DNA of 64,000 nucleotides from Phycisphaerales bacterium (GTDB taxonomy: Bacteria > Planctomycetota > Phycisphaerae > Phycisphaerales > UBA1924): positions 13,683-77,682 of the forward strand of contig JADLGW010000044.1 of NCBI GenBank assembly GCA_020849105.1, in the 5' to 3' direction. The translations under genes and the position numbers were made by a program. Each line of letters starts with the position of its first letter. The stretch's first letter is position 1. A model generated the notes under the pieces. The model had not been told where the DNA came from and did no database searches. It saw only the letters and a list, made by a program, of their open reading frames with translations. Below are positions 45,026-53,929 of this stretch, in pieces.

Positions 45026-45724
45026 ATGCCCCTCACCCTTGCCATCGAGACCAGCAACCCCTCCGCGGGGCCGGGGGGGTGCGGCGTCGCCATCGGCGAC
45101 GGGCAGCGGTTGCGGGGAGAAGAGGCCGTGCGGGAGGCCACGCGCCATGATGACGACCTCATGCCCGCCATCGACCGGCTGACGCGGCGCCTGGGCATCG
45201 GGCCACGGGATATCGGGCGTGTCGCCGTCTCCGTCGGCCCCGGCGGGTACACCGCGGTGCGCACAGCCGTCGCCACGGGAAAGTTGATCGCGGAGGGAGC
45301 GGGGGCGCGGTGCATCGCGGTGCCGACGGCGATGGTGGCGGCCGTGCACGCCGGGCGGACGCCGGGCGCGTTCGTCGTATGCCTGGCGAGCAAGGGGGAC
45401 TCCACGCACGCGACCGTCTTCACACCCGCTGCCGCGACAGGACCCATAGGTTCCATGCGACCCATAGGACCTATCGCGGCAGCCGACGTGGCGGCCCTGG
45501 GCGTGCAACGACTGATCGCCGACGGCTTTCTGCCCGCGACCATCGCCGCCGCGGCGACCACGGGTGGGATGACGATTGAACCGCTGCACCTCTCCGGGTC
45601 CGCCTGCTACGAAGCGTCCCTGGCGCTCCCCGACATCGATCCCGTCGAACTTCTGCCGCTGTATCCGCGTGAGCCCGACGCGGTGACGCAGTGGCGCAGG
45701 CGCTTGAACGAGTCCCGCGCGTGA
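45026..45724 (+). CDS. tsaB: tRNA threonylcarbamoyladenosine (t6A) biosynthesis protein TsaB
   Basis: LAIETSNPSAG..., RHDDDLMPAIDRLTRRLGIGPRDIGRVAVSVGPGGYTAVRTAVATGKLIA. Confidence 0.85.
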   Translation: MPLTLAIETSNPSAGPGGCGVAIGDGQRLRGEEAVREATRHDDDLMPAIDRLTRRLGIGPRDIGRVAVSVGPGGYTAVRTAVATGKLIAEGAGARCIAVPTAMVAAVHAGRTPGAFVVCLASKGDSTHATVFTPAAATGPIGSMRPIGPIAAADVAALGVQRLIADGFLPATIAAAATTGGMTIEPLHLSGSACYEASLALPDIDPVELLPLYPREPDAVTQWRRRLNESRA

Positions 45725-45744
45725 GCGAGCGGGATTGACCGACG

Positions 45745-45790
45745 CCGCCACGGAGGGGCGGACCACCAAGAGACCGCCACGGAGTGGCGG
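45745..45790 (+). promoter_or_regulatory. Two copies of a 17-nt palindrome/hairpin, CCGCCACGGAG(G/T)GGCGG
   Basis: Copies at 45745-45761 and 45774-45790, 29 nt apart. They lie between the tsaB stop and the HTH-response-regulator gene. Confidence 0.35.
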
Positions 45791-45905
45791 GGTACCCAAA
45801 CTCGCAACCTTCCGGCGCCCCCTGCGAACCGTTCTCGGACGCCGTCAGCGTCAATCCGGCCGCAATCGCGGGCCGGAGGTGTGAAGTTGGGCAATGTAGG
45901 GGCCG

Positions 45906-46622
45906 ATGAACCCGCGGGCCTCTCTGCGCGGTGCTGTCCGCGCGGGCCTTATGTACGGATCGGCCGCGCCAAGGACGGGGCACAAGGCCATGAACGACAC
46001 GACAAGCGCAGAGTCATGGGCGGACAAGCGGGTCTTCACGACGGGGGAAGCCGCCACCATCTGCAAGGTCAGCCAGCAGACCATCATCCGCTGCTTCGAC
46101 AGCGGGCGGCTGACCGGCTTCCGCGTGCCGGGGTCAAAGTTTCGGCGCATCCCGCGCGACGAACTCATCCGCTTCATGAAGTCCAACAGCATCCCCATTG
46201 AAGCCCTGGAGAGCGGGCACAAGCGGGTGCTGGTCGTGGACGACGACCCCCAGATCATCGAACTCTTCACCGACATGCTCGGGCGCGACGGGCGGTTCGA
46301 GGTGAAGACCGCGGGCACCGGCTACGACGCGGGCCTCCAGACCGAGGCCTTCAAGCCCCACCTGATCATCCTCGATTACATGCTCCCGGACATCAACGGC
46401 AACATCGTGTGCAAGCGCCTGCGCGAGCGGCCCGAGAGCAAGGACACCCGTGTCATCTTCGTCAGCGGCGTGGTGAACCAGGAGGAGATCGACCAACTCC
46501 TGTCCGCCGGCGCCGACGACTTCATCAAGAAACCGTTCAACGTTCACAAACTCCTGGCCCGCATCGGCGAGTTGCTCGGCCTGGAGCCCATCGCGAATGG
46601 CAAGGCGGCCCGACCGTCGTAG
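45906..46622 (+). CDS. Response regulator with N-terminal excisionase/MerR-type HTH and C-terminal receiver
   Basis: FTTGEAATICKVSQQTIIRCFDSGRLTGFRVPGSKFRRIPRDEL, then the REC domain (KRVLVVDDDPQ...LIILDYMLPDING...FIKKPF). ATG 45990 (MNDTTSAESW) is at least as likely a start. Confidence 0.85.
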   Translation: MNPRASLRGAVRAGLMYGSAAPRTGHKAMNDTTSAESWADKRVFTTGEAATICKVSQQTIIRCFDSGRLTGFRVPGSKFRRIPRDELIRFMKSNSIPIEALESGHKRVLVVDDDPQIIELFTDMLGRDGRFEVKTAGTGYDAGLQTEAFKPHLIILDYMLPDINGNIVCKRLRERPESKDTRVIFVSGVVNQEEIDQLLSAGADDFIKKPFNVHKLLARIGELLGLEPIANGKAARPS

Positions 46623-46639
46623 GGCAGCGGAGTTGTTTC

Positions 46640-48985
46640 ATGCCGACGACGCAGCAGCAGGGTGGCCGCGCCCGACAGATCGAACTGATCCTGCAGCAGG
46701 TGGACAGCCTGCCCACGCTCTCACCGATCGCGGCGCGCCTGCTCCAGATCACCAGCCCGGTGGACGCGGACCTGGACGAGATCGTGGGGCTGATCGAGGC
46801 CGATCCGGCGATGACCGGGCGCATCCTCGGCCTGTGCCGCCGAGCCGATCGCGGGCTCGGCGACCGGATCACCACCGTTCGCCGGGCCGTCGTCATGCTG
46901 GGCCTGGAGGCCGTGCAATCGGCGGTGCTGAGCGTCGCGGTCTACGACCTGATGGAGCACGCGGCCACCGCCGCGGGGCGGGAACTGGAGGCGCCTCCCG
47001 GACTGGTTGCCGACGCCACGGGCCACCCGTTCGATCGTGTCGGGTTCTGGAAGCACTGCATCGGCGTGGCGGCAGCCAGCGAACTGATCGCCGAGAGCCA
47101 CGGGCGGCTGGGTGTGCCGCCCGAGGAAGCCTTTGTCGCCGGGTTGCTGCACAACCTCGGGAAGATGGCGTTCGACCTCATCCTGCCGCAGGCGTACCAG
47201 CGGGTGCTGGGCCTGGCCGAGCGTCGGCGCTGCGGGAGCGCCGGGATCGAGCGCGAAGTCCTGGGCCTGGACCACCATACCGCGGGGCGGCGCCTGGGTG
47301 AGCACTGGTGCCTGCCGCACGCGCTCCAGGACGTCATGTGGCTGCACGGGCAGCCGGCCGCGACGCTCCCGGACCTGCCGCACAAGCGGCTCATCGGTAT
47401 CGTGAGCGTCGCCAACGTGCTGTGCCGGTCGCTGCACATGGGCTGGTCGGGCGACTTCTCGACGCCGCGCCCCGTCGCGGGTCTCTGCCAGGAATACGGC
47501 ATCGACGCGGTGCTGGTGGACGACATCGTGCCGCGGCTGCACGACGCGCTGGCGGCGCGCTGCAAACTGCTGGGGATCGAGGACAAGACCCCGCCCGAAC
47601 TGCTCATGCAGTCGATCGCGTCGGCCAACCGGCAACTGGCCCGCCTCAACGCGGCGCTGCAGCAGCGCGCCAGGCACAGCGAGCGGCAGGGCAGGGTGCT
47701 CGAAGCCATCACCGCGTTCCACGCTTCCTGGCAGCCCGGCCGGAGCGTCGGCGACGCCGCGGGCGCGATCGTCCAATCCGCCTCCACGCTCCTGGGCCCC
47801 GGCCTGTACGCCGTGCTGTTCCAATCGCGCACGGGGCAGCGCTCCGAGCCGTGGCAACTGTGCCAGTTCGCGCCCGACGGGAACACGATGCGCACGCGGA
47901 TGATCGAGCCCCCCGGCGGGCCCGAGGGGCGGGACGCCCTCGCCGCCCTCGTCGAGCCGACGAAGATGAACCTCTCGGCGCTGTCGCTGCTCCCATGGCT
48001 GGCCGAGTACCTCGGCGAGCCCGGTCGTATCCAGCGCCTCCATGTGCTCCCGCTGCTCTCTACCGGCGGGCTCGGACCCGTCACCGTGCTCCTGCACGAC
48101 CGCGACCTGGCCGACTGGGCGAGCGAGCCTTCGCTGCTCTCGGCCATCATGGGCTCCTGGACGGCCGCGATCACGGCGGCGTCGCAGCACGAGGGGGCGC
48201 GCCGCCTGGGCGAGCGCCTGGCCGACTCCAACCGCAGCCTGGCCGAGGCCCAGCACCGCCTGGCCGAGGCGCAGTCGCTGGCGCGCCTGGGCGAAATGGC
48301 CGCCGGCGCCGCCCACGAGATGAACAACCCGCTGACGGTCATCAGCGGGCGCAGCCAGTTGCTCGCGGACACCGCCTCGAACGAGTCGGACCGCGCCGCC
48401 GCCAAGGCCATTATCGACGCCGCCCACCACCTGACGGACCTGATCACCAGCTTGCGGCTGCTGGCCAGCCCCCCGAAGCCGGTGATGAGCCCGACCCGCC
48501 TCGACGAGATGATTCAACTCGCCGTCACCCGGGCCGAGGACCGCACAAGGCTGCGCGGTCGCATCACGATCGAACTGCCCAAGCCGTCGCCGCTGGTGAT
48601 CCTGGACCGAGAACTTATTGCGCTCGCGGTCTCGGAGGCGATCGCCAACGCCCTGGAATCTTCGCCCGACACGCCGGTCACCATCCGCGTACAGACCGGC
48701 CTGCCCGACGGACGCCTGATGATCTCCGTAGAGGACCGCGGCATCGGCATGTCCGGCAAGACGCTCCAGCACGCCTTCGACCCGTTCTACTCCGACAAGC
48801 CGGCGGGCCGGCAGACCGGATTGGGGCTCACGAGAGCCCGCCGTCTGGTCGATCTGCATCATGGCGAGCTTGCCCTCCGGAGCACGCCCGAGCAGGGGAC
48901 CATCGCGACGTTCATCCTGCCGACGGCCCAGCCGTCGGCAGCGTCGCGGGGGAGAAGCGGGGCATTCGCCGACATGGCCGCGTAG
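46640..48985 (+). CDS. Cytoplasmic HDOD-domain sensor histidine kinase
   Basis: ATG at 46640. HDOD-like N-terminus (LPTLSPIAARLLQI...DLDEIVGLIEADPAMTGRILG). HisKA H-box AAGAAHEMNNPLTV. HATPase motifs DRGIGM and GLGLT. No TM helix. Confidence 0.88.
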   Translation: MPTTQQQGGRARQIELILQQVDSLPTLSPIAARLLQITSPVDADLDEIVGLIEADPAMTGRILGLCRRADRGLGDRITTVRRAVVMLGLEAVQSAVLSVAVYDLMEHAATAAGRELEAPPGLVADATGHPFDRVGFWKHCIGVAAASELIAESHGRLGVPPEEAFVAGLLHNLGKMAFDLILPQAYQRVLGLAERRRCGSAGIEREVLGLDHHTAGRRLGEHWCLPHALQDVMWLHGQPAATLPDLPHKRLIGIVSVANVLCRSLHMGWSGDFSTPRPVAGLCQEYGIDAVLVDDIVPRLHDALAARCKLLGIEDKTPPELLMQSIASANRQLARLNAALQQRARHSERQGRVLEAITAFHASWQPGRSVGDAAGAIVQSASTLLGPGLYAVLFQSRTGQRSEPWQLCQFAPDGNTMRTRMIEPPGGPEGRDALAALVEPTKMNLSALSLLPWLAEYLGEPGRIQRLHVLPLLSTGGLGPVTVLLHDRDLADWASEPSLLSAIMGSWTAAITAASQHEGARRLGERLADSNRSLAEAQHRLAEAQSLARLGEMAAGAAHEMNNPLTVISGRSQLLADTASNESDRAAAKAIIDAAHHLTDLITSLRLLASPPKPVMSPTRLDEMIQLAVTRAEDRTRLRGRITIELPKPSPLVILDRELIALAVSEAIANALESSPDTPVTIRVQTGLPDGRLMISVEDRGIGMSGKTLQHAFDPFYSDKPAGRQTGLGLTRARRLVDLHHGELALRSTPEQGTIATFILPTAQPSAASRGRSGAFADMAA

Positions 48986-49021
48986 GCCAGGGCCTGCGAA
49001 CCGCCCCAAGAGGGAGGTCCG

Positions 49022-50143
49022 ATGGCCCGCACGAACCAGCGAACTCCGCGGACGAAGGTCGAACCGCTACCGGTTGAGTCACCCCGCCCCGTGGCCGCCA
49101 GTGTCCTGGTGGCCGCCCCGAGTCCGCAGCGTGTCGAGGAAGTTGCCTCCGCCCTGCACGGCAGCCGCGTGCTGCGCGCGGGGTCTCCTGACGAGATCCG
49201 GGCCATCCTGCGGGAGACGGCCGTGGACGCCGCGTTCATCGCGTGCGACGCCGGCGACCCCGCGGCCCTGGCCCTGATTGAGCAGACCGTCGGTCGCGCC
49301 GCGGTCGTGGCGCTGGCGCAGCGCCCGACGCTGGAGCACGCGACGGGCCTGATGCGCCTCGGGGCCGCGGACCTTGTCGCGCTCCCCGCCACGCCCCACG
49401 ACCTGCGGGAGCGCCTCGCCGAGGCGCTGGAACGCACGCGGCGATCCCGTCTTCTGGAGGCGCGCGTCGAGCGGCTGCGCCTCGTCTGCCGCCGTCTCAA
49501 TGAAGCCCGTCGCCAGGTCTCCAGCCAGGTCGGCACGCTGTGCAACGACCTGGTCGAGGCCTACCAGGAACTCTCCGACAAGGTGACCCACATGAACGTC
49601 GCCACCGAGTTCAGCAGCCTGATCCGCCACGAACTGGACGTGGAGAGCCTGCTCCGCACGGCCCTGGAGTTCGTGCTCGCCAAGACCGGCCCGACCAACG
49701 CGGCCGTGTACCTCCCCGCGACCAGCGGCGACTACTCGCTGGGCGCGTATGTGAACTTCGACGGTCCCAAGGACTCGGCGGACATCCTGCTGGAGCAGAT
49801 GGCCGGGGTGGTCGCACCGCGCATCGAGCGCGAGAGCGGCGTGTGCTTCCTGAAGCAGGGCAGGGACATGGCGGAGTTTCTCGGCAGCGATGCCCAGTGG
49901 ATCGGGGACGCGGGGGGCGTGGCCTTCCCGTGCCGGCACGAGGGCGAGTGCCTGGCGGTGGTCATCCTGTTCCGCGACCGGCGCACGCCGCTGAGCGAGG
50001 ACCTGCGCCCCGTGTTCCAGACGATCTCGGAACTGTTCGGACGGCAACTGGCGCGGGTTATCCACATCCACCACCGGCACTTGCCGAAGGACCAGTGGGG
50101 CGGCTTCGCCGGGCCGGATGACGACATCGACCTGGCGGCGTAA
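49022..50143 (+). CDS. Receiver-like (apparently degenerate) plus GAF-like domain protein
   Basis: GGGAGG RBS. The REC-like fold (VLVAAPSP...AAFIACDAGDP...VVALAQ...DLVALPATP) lacks the N-terminal DD pair and the conserved Lys. A coiled coil and a GAF-like C-terminal half follow. Confidence 0.7.
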   Translation: MARTNQRTPRTKVEPLPVESPRPVAASVLVAAPSPQRVEEVASALHGSRVLRAGSPDEIRAILRETAVDAAFIACDAGDPAALALIEQTVGRAAVVALAQRPTLEHATGLMRLGAADLVALPATPHDLRERLAEALERTRRSRLLEARVERLRLVCRRLNEARRQVSSQVGTLCNDLVEAYQELSDKVTHMNVATEFSSLIRHELDVESLLRTALEFVLAKTGPTNAAVYLPATSGDYSLGAYVNFDGPKDSADILLEQMAGVVAPRIERESGVCFLKQGRDMAEFLGSDAQWIGDAGGVAFPCRHEGECLAVVILFRDRRTPLSEDLRPVFQTISELFGRQLARVIHIHHRHLPKDQWGGFAGPDDDIDLAA

Positions 50144-51466
50144 CTAGGGACAACCACGCGCGAACTTCGTCAGGAAGCATCCGAAGTCCGAGAGGTTGCG
50201 CACGCCATCGCCGTTGCAGTCGGCGTAGGGCTGGGCGAGGGCGTAGCGGGTCTGGAAGCAGCCGAAGTCCGCAAGGTTGAGCGCGGTGTCGGAGTTGCAG
50301 TCGGGGTAGCAGGACGAGGGCAGCGTGGCCATGTAGATGCCTTCAGCGCCGTTCGTGAACTCGACCCAAAGAGCGATGGACCGGCCGCTGAGCCCCTGCG
50401 GCCCCATGTTGATGTCGAAAGCAAGATTGCCGTCGAGGATGTCGCCCTGGGCCGCGACCTTGGACAGCACGCCGTTCTCCCAGGTGTAAGTGCCGCGGTT
50501 ACCGCCGCCGAAGTGTCCTACGAACGCGATCAGGCCGTCCTCCATCGAAACCCAGCCGAAGCCGTTGAACGTGCCGGAATGGCCTGGGATCGGTGTGTCG
50601 TGGTTCGCGATCTTGATGAGTGTCCCACCGAGGTCGGTGTAGATGCCCTCTTGATCACCGCCCTGTCCGAAGAAGGCCATGGCGCCGTCGTCGTTCAAAC
50701 TCCCCCGGCCAAGATTGGTGAATGTGCCGCCGTTACCGGCCGGGACGACGGTGGCGCGGTCGTACCGGCGGTGCAGGCCGCTGGAGTCGCTGACATAGAT
50801 GCCCTGCTGATTGACGCCGAGCGCGGTGAATGAAACTCGGCCGTTCCGCAGTACGGTGTTGCCGAAATCCGTGAACATGCCCGTGCCGCCGGGAATCAGG
50901 GTGGACCGGTCGGCAATGATCGAGAGCAAGCCGTTCTCCCACGAGTAGACGCCTTTCTGGTTGTCGCCAGATTCAGAGCCAGCGAAAACTACGCGATTGC
51001 TCTCGACAACTGGCGAGTTCGTGATTGCAAATGTGCCACCATTCCCATTCGGCACGAATATGAGAGTAGTGGCGACTGCCATGATTCCCGCGTCGGAACG
51101 CAAGAATACGCCGCCTTCGACGCCGTCGCCCGCTTGAAAACTGGTTGAAGTTCCGTGTATCGAAGGGCGCCAGTTGGCGACAAAGCCAAACCCAGTAAAG
51201 TGTCTTCCGCCCGGCGACAGGGTATTCAGATCCGCGACCACCGTGAGCGGTCCGCCCGATCCGCGATACACACCCTGCATGGTTGACGCCTCGGCCATGA
51301 ACGCAACTACGCCCCGGTCGATCGCGGGCTCTAGGAACTGCTGGAAGGGAGAGATTGCGCCCGGTGCAATAGTGGCCGTGTCCGCAATGCGGCTGACAAT
51401 CACCGGCTGGGCCGCGCCTTGGGACCCCATCAGCAAACCGCACAACGAAATAGTGGCGACTCTCAT
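50144..51466 (-). CDS. Secreted tandem-repeat (NxxGxxAF-type) protein with dockerin-like tail
   Basis: GAGGGAG RBS. Signal peptide MRVATISLCGLLMGSQGAAQP. About 6 repeats of ~55 aa of the form G.F..FG......(N/D)..G..AF......(Q/E)GIY. Terminal CYPDCNSDTALNL...GCP. Lower GC than the flanks. Confidence 0.85.
   Translation of the reverse strand: MRVATISLCGLLMGSQGAAQPVIVSRIADTATIAPGAISPFQQFLEPAIDRGVVAFMAEASTMQGVYRGSGGPLTVVADLNTLSPGGRHFTGFGFVANWRPSIHGTSTSFQAGDGVEGGVFLRSDAGIMAVATTLIFVPNGNGGTFAITNSPVVESNRVVFAGSESGDNQKGVYSWENGLLSIIADRSTLIPGGTGMFTDFGNTVLRNGRVSFTALGVNQQGIYVSDSSGLHRRYDRATVVPAGNGGTFTNLGRGSLNDDGAMAFFGQGGDQEGIYTDLGGTLIKIANHDTPIPGHSGTFNGFGWVSMEDGLIAFVGHFGGGNRGTYTWENGVLSKVAAQGDILDGNLAFDINMGPQGLSGRSIALWVEFTNGAEGIYMATLPSSCYPDCNSDTALNLADFGCFQTRYALAQPYADCNGDGVRNLSDFGCFLTKFARGCP
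50147..50311 (-). repeat. Dockerin-like Cys-rich C-terminal module, copy 5
   Basis: CYPDCNSDTALNLADFGCFQTRYALAQPYADCNGDGVRNLSDFGCFLTKFARGCP. Confidence 0.9.
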
Positions 51467-51476
51467 TCTGTCTCCC

Positions 51477-53537
51477 TCACTCCAAGAAGCTGAGGTCCGT
51501 GAATGCCTCCGCCATGTCTGCGTTGGTAAGTGCAGTAGTCGTGTCGATCATCCCTCCGAACCACCTGAACTCGCACACCTCGCCTGAAGTGCTGACACCG
51601 CCGCTTGGCCCACGAAAACGCAGTTCGGTGAATGGTGCGGACGGAGTAAAGGAAATCCCGGCCGGGACCACCTGAACACGATCGCCACCGACACTCACCC
51701 CGACATACAGCTTGTGGACAGACGAATCGTATCCCACCGCAATCAGGACAGGAGAGTCCGCAGTCCAGGCGATGTGCGGAACATTGTTCACGTCGACGCC
51801 CGCCTCGTGGTTGGTCACAGTCCCGCCGATGGAAACCGCAATCCGGAGAGTCTTTTCCTCACAGTTGGCGATGAGGGCGATCCAGTTGGAACTGTCGGCC
51901 CAAGGGGTGCAGAGCGGCCAGCGGCGATCGCTTTCGAACTGACCGGTACCGCTGTTGAATTGCCCCCGTGCCGCGAAGCGATCCCAGTTTCCGACCGGCA
52001 TCATGCCCACGAGTTTCACGGACCAGTCGGTGGTTGTGCCGAGGCTGAAGTTGTAGATCCGCAGCAGTTCATCCGGCGCATCGATGAGGTGGCTTCCTTG
52101 AGGGGCCAGCGGATAGGGGAGCGCGCCATTGCCGTCGAGCGCCGTATCGATCAGAAGGTAGTAATAGTTCTCGTCGACATCCGTGTCGATGCCGCTGTCC
52201 CTGGCGTACATGCGGAGCGTGAAGCCGCCCGCGACATCGAGGGGGCGGCCGCACTGTGCCCAAAGATTGGGCTCGGAGGAGTCCGGGCAGTACAGAACAC
52301 GGTCGGCGTCCCGGTCCTGGCCGGCGAGGGCCTCGGCCTCCATGTAGCAAGCAACGATGGGGTTCTCGTTGGCCGTTCCGCCCGTCAGTTCGGGCCGCGG
52401 CTGCGTCAGATTGAAGACGGAGCCTGTTGCGTTATTCGTTCCAACCGAGGTGCCCCACCCGTACAGATGATCAAACTGCGCTTCCTGGACCTCACCGGCA
52501 TCGGCAGGAAGCCGCGTGGCAAAGAGCGTCTCCGTCCCCAGGTCCGCCCCCCAGAACATGACGCGTTCCACGGGGCTGAACGCCGCACACACCGGCTGGG
52601 GGCTTGTGGTTGACACCGGGTACGGATCGGGATCGGTGACCGGCGTGCCCACGCCGTGGAAGTTGTCGGTGAGGGTCCAGTTGCCCGGATCGGAATAATC
52701 AAGGTCAATGTCGTCAAGTGACGCATGAATGAAACGAGCCAGGCCCTTGCCGTCTCCCGTCGACATTAGAACCTGAACACCTTGGGAGTCCTCTTCACCG
52801 GTCCACTCGGTTGCGATGGCGGAGTGCACGTGGTAGACCGGACGTGTGTTTGGGGCCCAGATGTCGAACGCCATCACCCATGCCTGGTGCGGGGAAGCGG
52901 GATTACGCTGGACATCCCACGGACCCACACTGTCTCCCTCGATGGTCCGCACGATGTGGAAGTAGTACCCGCGGCCGGAAGCAGCCTCGGGCTCAGAAGG
53001 GCTCGCGGCCTTGTTGATGTAGTCAGAACTGACGATCGCGCACCGCCCGGGCGGGTCTGCGGGGTCGCGTTCGTAGACCGGCGCGGCCCGCACGCACCAG
53101 ACTTGGCCTCGTCTCTTGAAACGCTGCGCGTGCGACGTCGGCGCATCCGAATCGTCCCACAGTAGGGTCCAGGCACTCTGAAGGGGGTCGCTGAGCGCGA
53201 AGCCCCACCCGAGAATCTCGTACTTTGGAGGGTCCGCTGTGTCGTCCGTGCATATCCAGACCGGGCCGCCGGCGACAATCGCCCCATGAAAGACAACGAC
53301 GGAATGCACCTCGAGGGCCTTGTTCCCGATCGTCTGCGGCTTCAGAAGCACGTCCGAGAATTCAGTCAGCCCGACCGCGACGGAGAGCGAATCTGGCTCG
53401 CGTATCTCCATGTTGGTGACCGATGCCTCTCCGCTCCCAAAGGGGGGTGTTCCCGTGATCGTGCCGCCGTGAAATGTCCAAAGCGGACACGGCAACTGAC
53501 TCGGACCGCCTGACGCAAACGCGTCCGCGTACACCAT
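51477..53537 (-). CDS. Large hypothetical protein (~686 aa): no signal peptide and no recognised catalytic motif, with a possible C-terminal LamG/jelly-roll
   Basis: Uninterrupted ORF with coding-like composition. It ends 10 nt before the next gene. ATG at 53537 overlaps the stop of a small upstream ORF (TGATG). TTG 53579 and GTG 53564 are alternative starts. Confidence 0.7.
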   Translation of the reverse strand: MVYADAFASGGPSQLPCPLWTFHGGTITGTPPFGSGEASVTNMEIREPDSLSVAVGLTEFSDVLLKPQTIGNKALEVHSVVVFHGAIVAGGPVWICTDDTADPPKYEILGWGFALSDPLQSAWTLLWDDSDAPTSHAQRFKRRGQVWCVRAAPVYERDPADPPGRCAIVSSDYINKAASPSEPEAASGRGYYFHIVRTIEGDSVGPWDVQRNPASPHQAWVMAFDIWAPNTRPVYHVHSAIATEWTGEEDSQGVQVLMSTGDGKGLARFIHASLDDIDLDYSDPGNWTLTDNFHGVGTPVTDPDPYPVSTTSPQPVCAAFSPVERVMFWGADLGTETLFATRLPADAGEVQEAQFDHLYGWGTSVGTNNATGSVFNLTQPRPELTGGTANENPIVACYMEAEALAGQDRDADRVLYCPDSSEPNLWAQCGRPLDVAGGFTLRMYARDSGIDTDVDENYYYLLIDTALDGNGALPYPLAPQGSHLIDAPDELLRIYNFSLGTTTDWSVKLVGMMPVGNWDRFAARGQFNSGTGQFESDRRWPLCTPWADSSNWIALIANCEEKTLRIAVSIGGTVTNHEAGVDVNNVPHIAWTADSPVLIAVGYDSSVHKLYVGVSVGGDRVQVVPAGISFTPSAPFTELRFRGPSGGVSTSGEVCEFRWFGGMIDTTTALTNADMAEAFTDLSFLE

Positions 53538-53794
53538 CACTTCGGTCGAGCCGTCTTCCGCCACCCCCGAGCAGAACAAAATGTCGCCGGCGCTGAAGAC
53601 GTGTTCGTACTCTTCTGGGATTGCTGCGATGGGGCTTCCCGGTCCCGGCGCGGAAGTCCCGAAGCCACGCCCGCGCCATCGGGATCAACGGTCGCGATCG
53701 CCCGCGTGAAACTCTGGTGTATTGACGTACTCGACAGGATAAATGCATCGGCGCTCGACTTTGTCTCGTCCGACTTGAACGTGTACACCGCCAT
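53537..53794 (-). CDS. Small hypothetical ORF (85 aa)
   Basis: ATG at 53794 lies 6 nt after GGGGA. MAVYTFKSDETKSSADAFILSSTSIHQSFTRAIATV..., then a low-complexity tail. Its stop overlaps the downstream ATG. Weak call. Confidence 0.3.
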   Translation of the reverse strand: MAVYTFKSDETKSSADAFILSSTSIHQSFTRAIATVDPDGAGVASGLPRRDREAPSQQSQKSTNTSSAPATFCSARGWRKTARPK

Positions 53795-53929
53795 GCTTGG
53801 TCCCCTGTGTGGCAGGTTCTCGGAGCGTACCACAGGAATACCGGATTGCCACGTCCGAGGATGCAGCCCGCTACAAGTTTCCGACCGCCAAGTCTCTGCT
53901 GCGGCTCGAAGCCTCGGATACGATCCCCC

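Noticed and set aside
44626-45799. ORFs 44626..45561(-) and 44687..45799(-) as large minus-strand genes.
   Set aside because: Most of their length is antisense to tsaB (45026..45724, strong family match). Only the 3'-terminal 288 nt (44687-44974), which carries the dockerin-like motif, was retained as a low-confidence small CDS.
53520-53600. Programmed frameshift joining the 85-aa ORF to the 686-aa ORF.
   Set aside because: The sequence around the frame change (ACATTTTGTTCTGC) is not a canonical X-XXY-YYZ slippery heptamer. A TGATG stop/start overlap explains the arrangement as ordinary translational coupling.
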